From Eledone cirrhosa (taxonomy: Eukaryota), in NCBI GenBank assembly GCA_964016885.1, contig OZ024744.1, forward strand, positions 27,156,001 through 27,220,000: DNA of 64,000 bases. The letters are read 5' to 3'. Of the stretch, positions 24,601-38,500 are shown piece after piece. How positions within the stretch are numbered: the first letter of the stretch is position 1; every line of letters starts with the position of its first letter. The position numbers were made by a program, and so were the translations under genes. Under the pieces are notes generated by a model. It was not told the DNA's origin and ran no database searches. It was given only the letters and a program-made list of their open reading frames with translations.

Positions 24601-27600
24601 GGAGGTAACCTTAGGGCCAAGGACACCAGAAGTCTCCACTGTTACGGCTAGGCATCTCAGTGCATGTGGTGGTAAGAAGGGAGGTAACCTTAGGGCCAAG
24701 GACACCAGAAGTCTCCACTGCTACGGCTAGGCATCTCAGTGCATGTGGTGGTAAGAAGGGAGGTAACCTTAGGGCCAGGGACAGCAGAAGTCTCCACTGC
24801 TACGGCTAGGCATCTCAGTGCATGTGGTGGTAAGAAGGGAGGTAACCTTAGGGCCAGGGACACCAGAAGTCTACACTGTTACGGCTAGTTATATCAGTGC
24901 ATTTTGTGGTAAGAAGGGAGGTAACCTTAGGGCCAGGGACACCAGAAGACTCCACTGTTACGGCTAGGCATCTCAGTGCATGTGGTGGTAAGAAGGGAGG
25001 TAACCTTAGGTCCAAGGACACAAGAAGTCTCCACTGTTACGGCTAGGCATCTCAGTGCATGTGGTGGTAAGAAGGGAGGTAACCTTAGGGCCAGGGAGAC
25101 CAGACGTCTCCACTGCTACGGCTAATCATCTCAGTGCATGTGGTGGTAAGAAGGGAGGTAACCTAAGGGCCAAGGACACCAGAAGTCTCCACTGTTACGG
25201 CTAGGCATCTCAGTGCATGTGGTGGTAAGAAGGGAGGTAACCTTAGGGCCAGGGACACCAGAAGTCTCCACTGCTACGGCTAGGCATCTCAGTGCATGTG
25301 GTGGTAAGAAGGAAGTAACCTTAGGGCCAGGGACACCAGAAGTCTCCACTGTTACAGCTAGGCATCTCAGTGCATGTGGTGGTAAGGAGGGAGGTAACCT
25401 TAGGGCCAGGCACACCAGAAGTCTCCACTGTTACGGCTAGGCATTTCAGTGCATGTGGTGGTAAGAAGGGAAGTAACCTTAGGGCCAGGGACACCAGAAG
25501 TCTCCACTGTTACGGCTAGGCATCTCAGTGCATGTGGTGGTAAGAAGGGAGGTAACCTTAGGGCCAGGGACACCAGAAGTCTCCACTGCTACGGCTAGGC
25601 ATCTCAGTGCATGTGGTGGTAAGAAGGAAGTAACCTTAGGGCCAGGGACACCAGAAGTCTCCACTGTTACGGCTAGGCATCTCAGTGCATGTGCTGGTAA
25701 GAAGGGAGGTAACCTTAGGGCCAGGGACTCCAGAAGTGTCCACTGCTACGGTTAGGCATCTCAGTGCATGTGGTGGTAAGAAGGGAGGTAACCTTAAGGC
25801 CAGGGACACCAGAAGTCTCCAGTGTTACGGCTAGGCATGTCAGTACATGTGGTGGTAAGACGGGAGGTAAACTTAGGGCCAGGGACACCAGAAGACTCCA
25901 CTGTTACGGCTAGGCATGTCAGTGCATGTGGTGGTAAGAAGGGAGCTAACCTTAGGGACAAAGACACCAGAAGTCTCCACTGTTACGGCTAGGCATGTCA
26001 GTGCATGTGGTGGTAAGAAGGGAGGTAACCTTAGGGCCAGGGACACCAGAAGTCTCCACTACTACGGCTAGGCATCTCAGTGCCTGTGGTGGTAAGAAGG
26101 AAGTAACCTTAGGGCCAGGGACAACAGAAGTCTCCACTGTTACGGCTAGGCATCTCAGTGCATGTGGTGGTAAGGAGGGAGATAACCTTAGGGCCAGGCA
26201 CACCAGAAGTCTCCACTGTTACGGCTAGGCATCTCAGTGCATGTGGTGGTAAGAAGGGAGGTAACCTTAGGGCCAAGGACACCAGAAGTCTCCACTGTTA
26301 CGGCTAGGCATCTCAGTGCATGTTGTGGTAAGAAGGGAGGTAACCTTAGGGCCAGGGACACCAGAAGACTCCACTGCTACGGCTAGGCATCCCAGTGCAT
26401 GTGGTGGTAAGAAGGGAGGTAACCTTAGGGCCAAGGACACCAGAAGTCTCCACTGTTACGGCTAGGCATGTCAGTGCATGTGGTGGTAAGAAGGGAGCGA
26501 ACCTTAGGGCCAGGGACGCCAGATGTCTCCACTGTTACGGCTAGGCATCTCAGTGCATGTGGTGGTAAGAAGGGAGGGAACCTTAGGGCCAGGCACATCA
26601 GAAGTCTCCACTGCTACGGCTAGGCATCTCAGTGCATGTGGTGGTCAGAAAGGAGGTAATCTTAGTGCCAGGGACACCAGAAGTCTCCACTGTTACGGCT
26701 AGGCATGTCAGTGCGTGTGTTGGTAAGAAGGGAGGGAACCTTAGGGCCAGGGACACCAGAAGTCTCCACTGTTACGGCTAGGCATCTCAGTGCATGTGGT
26801 GGTAAGAAGGGAGGTAACCTTAAGGCCAGGGACACCAGAAGTCTCCAGTGTTACGGCTAGGCATCTCAGTGCATGTGGTGGTAAGAAGGGAAGGAACCTT
26901 AGGGCCAGGGACACCAGAAGTCTCCACTGTTACGGCTAGGCATCTCAGTGCATGTGGTAGTAAGAAGGGAGGGAACCTTAGGGCCAGGCACATCAGAAGT
27001 CTCCACTGCTACGGCTAGGCATCTCAGTGCATGTGGTGGTAAGAAAGGAGGTAACCTTAGGTCCAGGGACACCAGAAGTCTCCACTGTTACGGCAAGGCA
27101 TCTCAGTGCATGTGGTGGTAAGAAGGGAGGTAACCTTAGGGCCAGGGACACCAGAAGTCTCCACTGCTACGACTAGGCATCTCAGTGCCTGTGGAGGTAA
27201 GAAGGGAGGGAAACTTAGGTCCAGGGACACCAGAAGTCTCCACTGCTACGGCTAGGCATCTCAGTTCATGTGGTGGTAAGAAGGGAGGTAACCTTAGGGC
27301 CAAGGACACCAGAAGTCTCCACTGTTACGGCTAGGCATCTCAGTGCATGTGGTGGTAAGAAGGGAGGTAACCTTAGGGCCAGGGACAGCAGAAGTCTCCA
27401 CTGCTACGGCTAGGCATCTCAGTGCATGTGGTGGTAAGAAGGGAGGTAACCTTAGGGCCAGGGACACCAGAAGTCTACACTGTTACGGCTAGTTATATCA
27501 GTGCATGTTGTGGTAAGAAGGGAGGTAACCTTAGGGCCAGGGACACCAGAAGACTCCACTGTTACGGCTAGGCATCTCAGTGCATGTGGTGGTAAGAAGG

Positions 27601-30600
27601 GAGGTAACCTTAGGTCCAAGGACACAAGAAGTCTCCACTGTTACGGCTAGGCATCTCAGTGCATGTGGTGGTAAGAAGGGAGGTAACCTTAGGGCCAGGG
27701 AGACCAGACGTCTCCACTGCTACGGCTAATCATCTCAGTGCATGTGGTGGTAAGAAGGGAGGTAACCTTAGGGCCAAGGACACCAGAAGTCTCCACTGTT
27801 ACGCCTAGGCATCTCAGTGCATGTGGTGGTAAGAAGGGAGGTAACCTTAGGGCCAAGGACACCAGAAGTCTCCACTGCCACGGCTAGGCATCTCAGTGCA
27901 TGTGGTGGTAAGAAGGAAGGTAACCATAGCGCCAGGGACACCAGAAGTCTCCACTGCTACGGCTAGGTATGTCAGTGCATGTGGTGGTAAGAAGGGAGGT
28001 AACCTTAGGGCCAGGGACACCAGAAGACTCCACTGTTACGGCTAGGCATGTCAGTGCATGTGGTGGTAAGGAGGGAGATAACCTTAGGGCCAAGGACACC
28101 AGAAGTCTCCACTGTTACAGCTAGGCATCTCAGTGCATGTGGTGGTAAGAAGGGAGGTAAGCTTAGGGCCAGGGACACCAGAAGTCTCCACTGTTACGGC
28201 TAGGCATGTCAGTGCATGTGGTGGTAAGAAGGGAGGTAACCTTAGCGCCAGGGACACCAGAAGACTCCACTGTTACGGCTAGGCATGTCAGTGCATGTGG
28301 TGGTAAGAAGGGAGGTAACCTTAGGGCCAGGGACACCAGAAGACTCCACTGTTACGGCTAGGCATGTCAGTGCATGTGGTGGTAAGGAGGGAGATAACCT
28401 TAGGGCCAAGGACACCAGAAGTCTCCACTGTTACAGCTAGGCATCTCAGTGCATGTGGTGGTAAGAAGGGAGGTAAGCTTAGGGCCAGGGACACCAGAAG
28501 TCTCCACTGTTACGGCTAGGCATCTCAGTGCATGAGGTGGTAAGAAGGGAGGTAACCTTAGGGCCAAGGACACCAGAAGTCTCCACTGTTACGGCTAGGC
28601 ATCTCAGTGCATGTGGTGGTAAGAAGGAAGTAACCTTAGGGCCAGTGACACCAGAAGTCTCCACTGTTACGGCTAGGCATCTCAGTGCATGTGGTGGTAA
28701 GGAGGGAGGTAACCTTAGGGCCAGGCACACCAGAAGTCTCCACTGTTACGGCTAGGCATTTCAGTGCATGTGGTGGTAAGAAGGGAAGTAACCTTAGGGC
28801 CAGGGACACCAGAAGTCTCCACTGTTACGGCTAGGCATCTCAGTGCATGAGGTGGTAAGAAGGGAGGTAACCTTAGGGCCAAGGACACCAGAAGTCTCCA
28901 CTGTTACGGCTAGGCATCTCAGTGCATGTGGTGGTAAGAAGGGAGGTAACCATAGGGCCAGGGACACCAGAAGACTCCACTGCTACGGCTAGGCATCTCA
29001 GTGCATGTGGTGGTAAGAAGGGAGGTAACCTGAGGGCCAAGGACACCAGAAGTCTCCACTGTTACGGCTAGGCATGTCAGTGCATGTGGTGGTAAGAAGG
29101 GAGGGAACCTTAGGGCCAGGGACACCAGAAGTCTCCACTGCTACGGCTAGGCATCTCAGTGCATGTGGTGGTAAGAAGGAAGTAACCTTAGGGCCAGGGA
29201 CACCAGAAGTCTCCACTGTTACGGCTAGGCATCTCAGTGCATGTGGTGGTAAGGAGGGAGGTAACCTTAGGGCCAGGCACACCAGAAGTCTCCACTGTTA
29301 CGGCTAGGCATTTCAGTGCATGTGGTGGAAAGAAGGGAAGTAACCTTAGGGCCAGGGACACCAGAAGTCTCCACTGTTACGGCTAGGCATCTCAGTGCAT
29401 GTGGTGGTAAGAAGGGAGGTAACCTTAGGGCCAGGGACACCAGAAGTCTCCACTGCTACGGCTAGGCATCTCAGTGCCTGTGGTGGTAAGAAGGGAGGGA
29501 AACTTAGGTCCAGGGACACCAGAAGTCTCCACTGCTACGGCTAGGCATCTCAGTTCATGTGGTGGTAAGTAGGGAGGTAACCTTAGGGCCAAGGACACCA
29601 GAAGTCTCCACTGTTACGGCTAGGCATCTCAGTGCATGTGGTGGTAAGAAGGGAGGTAACCTTAGGGCCAAGGACACCAGAAGTCTCCACTGCTACGGCT
29701 AGGCATCTCAGTGCATGTGGTGGTAAGAAGGGAGGTAACCTTAGGGCCAAGGACACCAGAAGTCTCCACTGCTACGGCTAGGCATCTCAGTGCATGTGGT
29801 GGTAAGAAGGGAGGTAACCTTAGGGCCAGGGACACCAGAAGTCTACACTGTTACGGCTAGTTATATCAGTGCATGTTGTGGTAAGAAGGGAGGTAACCTT
29901 AGGGCCAGGGACACCAGAAGACTCCACTGTTACGGCTAGGCATCTCAGTGCATGTGGTGGTAAGAAGGGAGGTAACCTTAGGTCCAAGGACACAAGAAGT
30001 CTCCACTGTTACGGCTAGGCATCTCAGTGCATGTGGTGGTAAGAAGGGAGGTAACCTTAGGGCCAGGGAGACCAGACGTCTCCACTGCTACGGCTAATCA
30101 TCTCAGTGCATGTGGTGGTAAGAAGGGAGGTAACCTAAGGGCCAAGGACACCAGAAGTCTCCACTGTTACGCCTAGGCATCTCAGTGCATGTGGTGGTAA
30201 GAAGGGAGGTAACCTTAGGGCCAAGGACACTAGAAGTCTCCACTGCCACGGCTAGGCATCTCAGTGCATGTGGTGGTAAGAAGGAAGGTAACCATAGCGC
30301 CAGGGACACCAGAAGTCTCCACTGCTACGGCTAGGTATGTCAGTGCATGTGGTGGTAAGAAGGGAGGTAACCTTAGGGCCAAGGACACCAGAAGACTCCA
30401 CTGTTACGGCTAGGCATGTCACTGCATGTGGTGGTAAGAAGGGAGGTAACCTTAGGGCCAGGGACACCAGAAGACTCCACTGTTACGGCTAGGCATGTCA
30501 GTGCATGTGGTGGTAAGGAGGGAGATAACCTTAGGGCCAAGGACACCAGAAGTCTCCACTGTTACAGCTAGGCATCTCAGTGCATGTGGTGGTAAGAAGG

Positions 30601-32535
30601 GAGGTAAGCTTAGGGCCAGGGACACCAGAAGTCTCCACTGTTACGGCTAGGCATCTCAGTGCATGAGGTGGTAAGAAGGGAGGTAACCTTAGGGCCAAGG
30701 ACACCAGAAGTCTCCACTGTTACGGCTAGGCATCTCAGTGCATGTGGTGGTAAGAAGGAAGTAACCTTAGGGCCAGTGACACCAGAAGTCTCCACTGTTA
30801 CGGCTAGGCATCTCAGTGCATGTGGTGGTAAGGAGGGAGGTAACCTTAGGGCCAGGCACACCAGAAGTCTCCACTGTTACGGCTAGGCATTTCAGTGCAT
30901 GTGGTGGTAAGAAGGGAAGTAACCTTAGGGCCAGGGACACCAGAAGTCTCCACTGTTACGGCTAGGCATCTCAGTGCATGAGGTGGTAAGAAGGGAGGTA
31001 ACCTTAGGGCCAAGGACACCAGAAGTCTCCACTGTTACGGCTAGGCATCTCAGTGCATGTGGTGGTAAGAAGGGAGGTAACCTTAGGGCCAGGGACACCA
31101 GAAGACTCCACTGCTACGGCTAGGCATCTCAGTGCATGTGGTGGTAAGAAGGGAGGTAACCTTAGGGCCAAGGACACCAGAAGTCTCCACTGTTACGGCT
31201 AGGCATGTCAGTGCATGTGGTGGTAAGAAGGGAGGGAAACTTAGGGCCAGGGACACCAGAAGTCTCCACTGTTACGGCTAGGCATCTCAGTGCATGTGGT
31301 GGTAAGAAGGGAGGTAACCTTAGGGCCAAGGACACCAGAAGTCTCCACTGTTACGGCTAGGCATCTCAGTGCATCTGGTGGTAAGAAGGGAGGTAACCTT
31401 AGGGCCAGGGACACCAGAAGTCTCCACTGCTACGGCTAGGCATCTCAGTGCATGTGGTGGTAAGAAGGAAGTAACCTTAGGGCCAGGGACACCAGAAGTC
31501 TCCACTGTTACGGCTAGGCATCTCAGTGCATGTGGTGGTAAGGAGGGAGGTAACCTTAGGGCCAGGCACACCAGAAGTCTCCACTGTTACGGCTAGGCAT
31601 TTCAGTGCATGTGGTGGTAAGAAGGGAAGTAACCTTAGGGCCAGCGACACCAGAAGTCTCCACTGTTACGGCTAGGCATCTCAGTGCATGTGGTGGTAAG
31701 AAGGGAGGTAACCTTAGGGCCAAGGACACCAGAAGTCTCCACTGTTACGGCTAGGCATCTCAGTGCATGTGGTGGTAAGAAGGGAGGTAACCTTAGGGCC
31801 AGGGACACCAGAAGTCTCCACTGCTACGGCTAGGCATCTCAGTGCATGTGGTGGTAAGAAGGAAGTAACCTTAGGGCCAGTGACACCAGAAGTCTCCACT
31901 GTTACGGCTAGGCATCTCAGTGCATGTGGTGGTAAGGAGGGAGGTAACCTTAGGGCCAAGGACACCAGAAGTCTCCACTGTTACGGCTAGGCATCTCAGT
32001 GCATGTGGTGGTAAGAAGGGAGGTAACCTTAGGGCCAAGGACACCAGAAGTCTCCACTGCTACGGCTAGGCATCTCAGTGCATGTGGTGGTAAGAAGGGA
32101 GGTAACCTTAGGGCCAGGGACAGCAGAAGTCTCCACTGCTACGGCTAGGCATCTCAGTGCATGTGGTGGTAAGAAGGGAGGTAACCTTAGGGCCAGGGAC
32201 ACCAGAAGTCTACACTGTTACGGCTAGTTATATCAGTGCATTTTGTGGTAAGAAGGGAGGTAACCTTAGGGCCAGGGACACCAGAAGACTCCACTGTTAC
32301 GGCTAGGCATCTCAGTGCATGTGGTGGTAAGAAGGGAGGTAACCTTAGGTCCAAGGACACAAGAAGTCTCCACTGTTACGGCTAGGCATCTCAGTGCATG
32401 TGGTGGTAAGAAGGGAGGTAACCTTAGGGCCAGGGAGACCAGACGTCTCCACTGCTACGGCTAATCATCTCAGTGCATGTGGTGGTAAGAAGGGAGGTAA
32501 CCTAAGGGCCAAGGACACCAGAAGTCTCCACTGTT
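18200..32535 (+). repeat. ~7.0-7.3 kb tandem duplication (copy A ~18200-25200, copy B ~25200-32535)
   Basis: Offsets are constant at 7023 (18456/25479, 18929/25952, private GGCAAGG 20072/27095) and then 7339 (20554/27893 through 25131/32470, private ATTTTGTGG 24903/32242). The 316-bp (4-monomer) difference lies at ~27140-27455. Confidence 0.92.
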
Positions 32536-35500
32536 ACGCCTAGGCATCTCAGTGCATGTGGTGGTAAGAAGGGAGGTAACCTTAGGGCCAAGGACACTAG
32601 AAGTCTCCACTGCCACGGCTAGGCATCTCAGTGCATGTGGTGGTAAGAAGGAAGGTAACCATAGCGCCAGGGACACCAGAAGTCTCCACTGCTACGGCTA
32701 GGTATGTCAGTGCATGTGGTGGTAAGAAGGGAGGTAACCTTAGGGCCAAGGACACCAGAAGACTCCACTGTTACGGCTAGGCATGTCAGTGCATGTGGTG
32801 GTAAGAAGGGAGGTAACCTTAGGGCCAGGGACACCAGAAGACTCCACTGTTACGGCTAGGCATGTCAGTGCATGTGGTGGTAAGGAGGGAGATAACCTTA
32901 GGGCCAAGGACACCAGAAGTCTCCACTGTTACAGCTAGGCATCTCAGTGCATGTGGTGGTAAGAAGGGAGGTAACCTTAGGGCCAAGGACACCAGAAGTC
33001 TCCACTGTTACGCCTAGGCATCTCAGTGCATGTGGTGGTAAGAAGGGAGGTAACCTTAGGGCCAAGGACACCAGAAGTCTCCACTGCCACGGCTAGGCAT
33101 CTCAGTGCATGTGGTGGTAAGAAGGAAGGTAACCATAGCGCCAGGGACACCAGAAGTCTCCACTGCTACGGCTAGGTATGTCAGTGCATGTGGTGGTAAG
33201 AAGGGAGGTAACCTTAGGGCCAGGGACACCAGAAGACTCCACTGTTACGGCTAGGCATGTCAGTGCATGTGGTGGTAAGGAGGGAGATAACCTTAGGGCC
33301 AAGGACACCAGAAGTCTCCACTGTTACAGCTAGGCATCTCAGTGCATGTGGTGGTAAGAAGGGAGGTAAGCTTAGGGCCAGGGACACCAGAAGTCTCCAC
33401 TGTTACGGCTAGGCATGTCAGTGCATGTGGTGGTAAGAAGGGAGGTAACCTTAGCGCCAGGGACACCAGAAGACTCCACTGTTACGGCTAGGCATGTCAG
33501 TGCATGTGGTGGTAAGAAGGGAGGTAACCTTAGGGCCAGGGACACCAGAAGACTCCACTGTTACGGCTAGGCATGTCAGTGCATGTGGTGGTAAGGAGGG
33601 AGATAACCTTAGGGCCAAGGACACCAGAAGTCTCCACTGTTACAGCTAGGCATCTCAGTGCATGTGGTGGTAAGAAGGGAGGTAAGCTTAGGGCCAGGGA
33701 CACCAGAAGTCTCCACTGTTACGGCTAGGCATCTCAGTGCATGAGGTGGTAAGAAGGGAGGTAACCTTAGGGCCAAGGACACCAGAAGTCTCCACTGTTA
33801 CGGCTAGGCATCTCAGTGCATGTGGTGGTAAGAAGGAAGTAACCTTAGGGCCAGTGACACCAGAAGTCTCCACTGTTACGGCTAGGCATCTCAGTGCATG
33901 TGGTGGTAAGGAGGGAGGTAACCTTAGGGCCAGGCACACCAGAAGTCTCCACTGTTACGGCTAGGCATTTCAGTGCATGTGGTGGTAAGAAGGGAAGTAA
34001 CCTTAGGGCCAGGGACACCAGAAGTCTCCACTGTTACGGCTAGGCATCTCAGTGCATGAGGTGGTAAGAAGGGAGGTAACCTTAGGGCCAAGGACACCAG
34101 AAGTCTCCACTGTTACGGCTAGGCATCTCAGTGCATGTGGTGGTAAGAAGGGAGGTAACCATAGGGCCAGGGACACCAGAAGACTCCACTGCTACGGCTA
34201 GGCATCTCAGTGCATGTGGTGGTAAGAAGGGAGGTAACCTGAGGGCCAAGGACACCAGAAGTCTCCACTGTTACGGCTAGGCATGTCAGTGCATGTGGTG
34301 GTAAGAAGGGAGGGAACCTTAGGGCCAGGGACACCAGAAGTCTCCACTGTTACGGCTAGGCATCTCAGTGCATGTGGTGGTAAGAAGGGAGGTAACCTTA
34401 GGGCCAAGGACACCAGAAGTCTCCACTGTTACGGCTAGGCATCTCAGTGCATCTGGTGGTAAGAAGGGAGGTAACCTTAGGGCCAGGGACACCAGAAGTC
34501 TCCACTGCTACGGCTAGGCATCTCAGTGCATGTGGTGGTAAGAAGGAAGTAACCTTAGGGCCAGGGACACCAGAAGTCTCCACTGTTACGGCTAGGCATC
34601 TCAGTGCATGTGGTGGTAAGGAGGGAGGTAACCTTAGGGCCAGGCACACCAGAAGTCTCCACTGTTACGGCTAGGCATTTCAGTGCATGTGGTGGAAAGA
34701 AGGGAAGTAACCTTAGGGCCAGGGACACCAGAAGTCTCCACTGTTACGGCTAGGCATCTCAGTGCATGTGGTGGTAAGAAGGGAGGTAACCTTAGGGCCA
34801 GGGACACCAGAAGTCTCCACTGCTACGGCTAGGCATCTCAGTGCCTGTGGTGGTAAGAAGGGAGGGAAACTTAGGTCCAGGGACACCAGAAGTCTCCACT
34901 GCTACGGCTAGGCATCTCAGTTCATGTGGTGGTAAGTAGGGAGGTAACCTTAGGGCCAAGGACACCAGAAGTCTCCACTGTTACGGCTAGGCATCTCAGT
35001 GCATGTGGTGGTAAGAAGGGAGGTAACCTTAGGGCCAAGGACACCAGAAGTCTCCACTGCTACGGCTAGGCATCTCAGTGCATGTGGTGGTAAGAAGGGA
35101 GGTAACCTTAGGGCCAGGGACAGCAGAAGTCTCCACTGCTACGGCTAGGCATCTCAGTGCATGTGGTGGTAAGAAGGGAGGTAACCTTAGGGCCAGGGAC
35201 ACCAGAAGTCTACACTGTTACGGCTAGTTATATCAGTGCATGTTGTGGTAAGAAGGGAGGTAACCTTAGGGCCAGGGACACCAGAAGACTCCACTGTTAC
35301 GGCTAGGCATCTCAGTGCATGTGGTGGTAAGAAGGGAGGTAACCTTAGGTCCAAGGACACAAGAAGTCTCCACTGTTACGGCTAGGCATCTCAGTGCATG
35401 TGGTGGTAAGAAGGGAGGTAACCTTAGGGCCAGGGAGACCAGACGTCTCCACTGCTACGGCTAATCATCTCAGTGCATGTGGTGGTAAGAAGGGAGGTAA

Positions 35501-38500
35501 CCTAAGGGCCAAGGACACCAGAAGTCTCCACTGTTACGCCTAGGCATCTCAGTGCATGTGGTGGTAAGAAGGGAGGTAACCTTAGGGCCAAGGACACTAG
35601 AAGTCTCCACTGCCACGGCTAGGCATCTCAGTGCATGTGGTGGTAAGAAGGAAGGTAACCATAGCGCCAGGGACACCAGAAGTCTCCACTGCTACGGCTA
35701 GGTATGTCAGTGCATGTGGTGGTAAGAAGGGAGGTAACCTTAGGGCCAAGGACACCAGAAGACTCCACTGTTACGGCTAGGCATGTCACTGCATGTGGTG
35801 GTAAGAAGGGAGGTAACCTTAGGGCCAGGGACACCAGAAGACTCCACTGTTACGGCTAGGCATGTCAGTGCATGTGGTGGTAAGGAGGGAGATAACCTTA
35901 GGGCCAAGGACACCAGAAGTCTCCACTGTTACAGCTAGGCATCTCAGTGCATGTGGTGGTAAGAAGGGAGGTAAGCTTAGGGCCAGGGACACCAGAAGTC
36001 TCCACTGTTACGGCTAGGCATCTCAGTGCATGAGGTGGTAAGAAGGGAGGTAACCTTAGGGCCAAGGACACCAGAAGTCTCCACTGTTACGGCTAGGCAT
36101 CTCAGTGCATGTGGTGGTAAGAAGGAAGTAACCTTAGGGCCAGTGACACCAGAAGTCTCCACTGTTACGGCTAGGCATCTCAGTGCATGTGGTGGTAAGG
36201 AGGGAGGTAACCTTAGGGCCAGGCACACCAGAAGTCTCCACTGTTACGGCTAGGCATTTCAGTGCATGTGGTGGTAAGAAGGGAAGTAACCTTAGGGCCA
36301 GGGACACCAGAAGTCTCCACTGTTACGGCTAGGCATCTCAGTGCATGAGGTGGTAAGAAGGGAGGTAACCTTAGGGCCAAGGACACCAGAAGTCTCCACT
36401 GTTACGGCTAGGCATCTCAGTGCATGTGGTGGTAAGAAGGGAGGTAACCTTAGGGCCAGGGACACCAGAAGACTCCACTGCTACGGCTAGGCATCTCAGT
36501 GCATGTGGTGGTAAGAAGGGAGGTAACCTTAGGGCCAAGGACACCAGAAGTCTCCACTGTTACGGCTAGGCATGTCAGTGCATGTGGTGGTAAGAAGGGA
36601 GGGAAACTTAGGGCCAGGGACACCAGAAGTCTCCACTGTTACGGCTAGGCATCTCAGTGCATGTGGTGGTAAGAAGGGAGGTAACCTTAGGGCCAAGGAC
36701 ACCAGAAGTCTCCACTGTTACGGCTAGGCATCTCAGTGCATCTGGTGGTAAGAAGGGAGGTAACCTTAGGGCCAGGGACACCAGAAGTCTCCACTGCTAC
36801 GGCTAGGCATCTCAGTGCATGTGGTGGTAAGAAGGAAGTAACCTTAGGGCCAGGGACACCAGAAGTCTCCACTGTTACGGCTAGGCATCTCAGTGCATGT
36901 GGTGGTAAGGAGGGAGGTAACCTTAGGGCCAGGCACACCAGAAGTCTCCACTGTTACGGCTAGGCATTTCAGTGCATGTGGTGGTAAGAAGGGAAGTAAC
37001 CTTAGGGCCAGCGACACCAGAAGTCTCCACTGTTACGGCTAGGCATCTCAGTGCATGTGGTGGTAAGAAGGGAGGTAACCTTAGGGCCAAGGACACCAGA
37101 AGTCTCCACTGTTACGGCTAGGCATCTCAGTGCATGTGGTGGTAAGAAGGGAGGTAACCTTAGGGCCAGGGACACCAGAAGTCTCCACTGCTACGGCTAG
37201 GCATCTCAGTGCATGTGGTGGTAAGAAGGAAGTAACCTTAGGGCCAGTGACACCAGAAGTCTCCACTGTTACGGCTAGGCATCTCAGTGCATGTGGTGGT
37301 AAGGAGGGAGGTAACCTTAGGGCCAAGGACACCAGAAGTCTCCACTGTTACGGCTAGGCATCTCAGTGCATGTGGTGGTAAGAAGGGAGGTAACCTTAGG
37401 GCCAAGGACACCAGAAGTCTCCACTGCTACGGCTAGGCATCTCAGTGCATGTGGTGGTAAGAAGGGAGGTAACCTTAGGGCCAGGGACAGCAGAAGTCTC
37501 CACTGCTACGGCTAGGCATCTCAGTGCATGTGGTGGTAAGAAGGGAGGTAACCTTAGGGCCAGGGACACCAGAAGTCTACACTGTTACGGCTAGTTATAT
37601 CAGTGCATGTTGTGGTAAGAAGGGAGGTAACCTTAGGGCCAGGGACACCAGAAGACTCCACTGTTACGGCTAGGCATCTCAGTGCATGTGGTGGTAAGAA
37701 GGGAGGTAACCTTAGGTCCAAGGACACAAGAAGTCTCCACTGTTACGGCTAGGCATCTCAGTGCATGTGGTGGTAAGAAGGGAGGTAACCTTAGGGCCAG
37801 GGAGACCAGACGTCTCCACTGCTACGGCTAATCATCTCAGTGCATGTGGTGGTAAGAAGGGAGGTAACCTAAGGGCCAAGGACACCAGAAGTCTCCACTG
37901 TTACGCCTAGGCATCTCAGTGCATGTGGTGGTAAGAAGGGAGGTAACCTTAGGGCCAAGGACACTAGAAGTCTCCACTGCCACGGCTAGGCATCTCAGTG
38001 CATGTGGTGGTAAGAAGGAAGGTAACCATAGCGCCAGGGACACCAGAAGTCTCCACTGCTACGGCTAGGTATGTCAGTGCATGTGGTGGTAAGAAGGGAG
38101 GTAACCTTAGGGCCAAGGACACCAGAAGACTCCACTGTTACGGCTAGGCATGTCAGTGCATGTGGTGGTAAGAAGGGAGGTAACCTTAGGGCCAGGGACA
38201 CCAGAAGACTCCACTGTTACGGCTAGGCATGTCAGTGCATGTGGTGGTAAGGAGGGAGATAACCTTAGGGCCAAGGACACCAGAAGTCTCCACTGTTACA
38301 GCTAGGCATCTCAGTGCATGTGGTGGTAAGAAGGGAGGTAAGCTTAGGGCCAGGGACACCAGAAGTCTCCACTGTTACGGCTAGGCATCTCAGTGCATGA
38401 GGTGGTAAGAAGGGAGGTAACCTTAGGGCCAAGGACACCAGAAGTCTCCACTGTTACGGCTAGGCATCTCAGTGCATGTGGTGGTAAGAAGGAAGTAACC

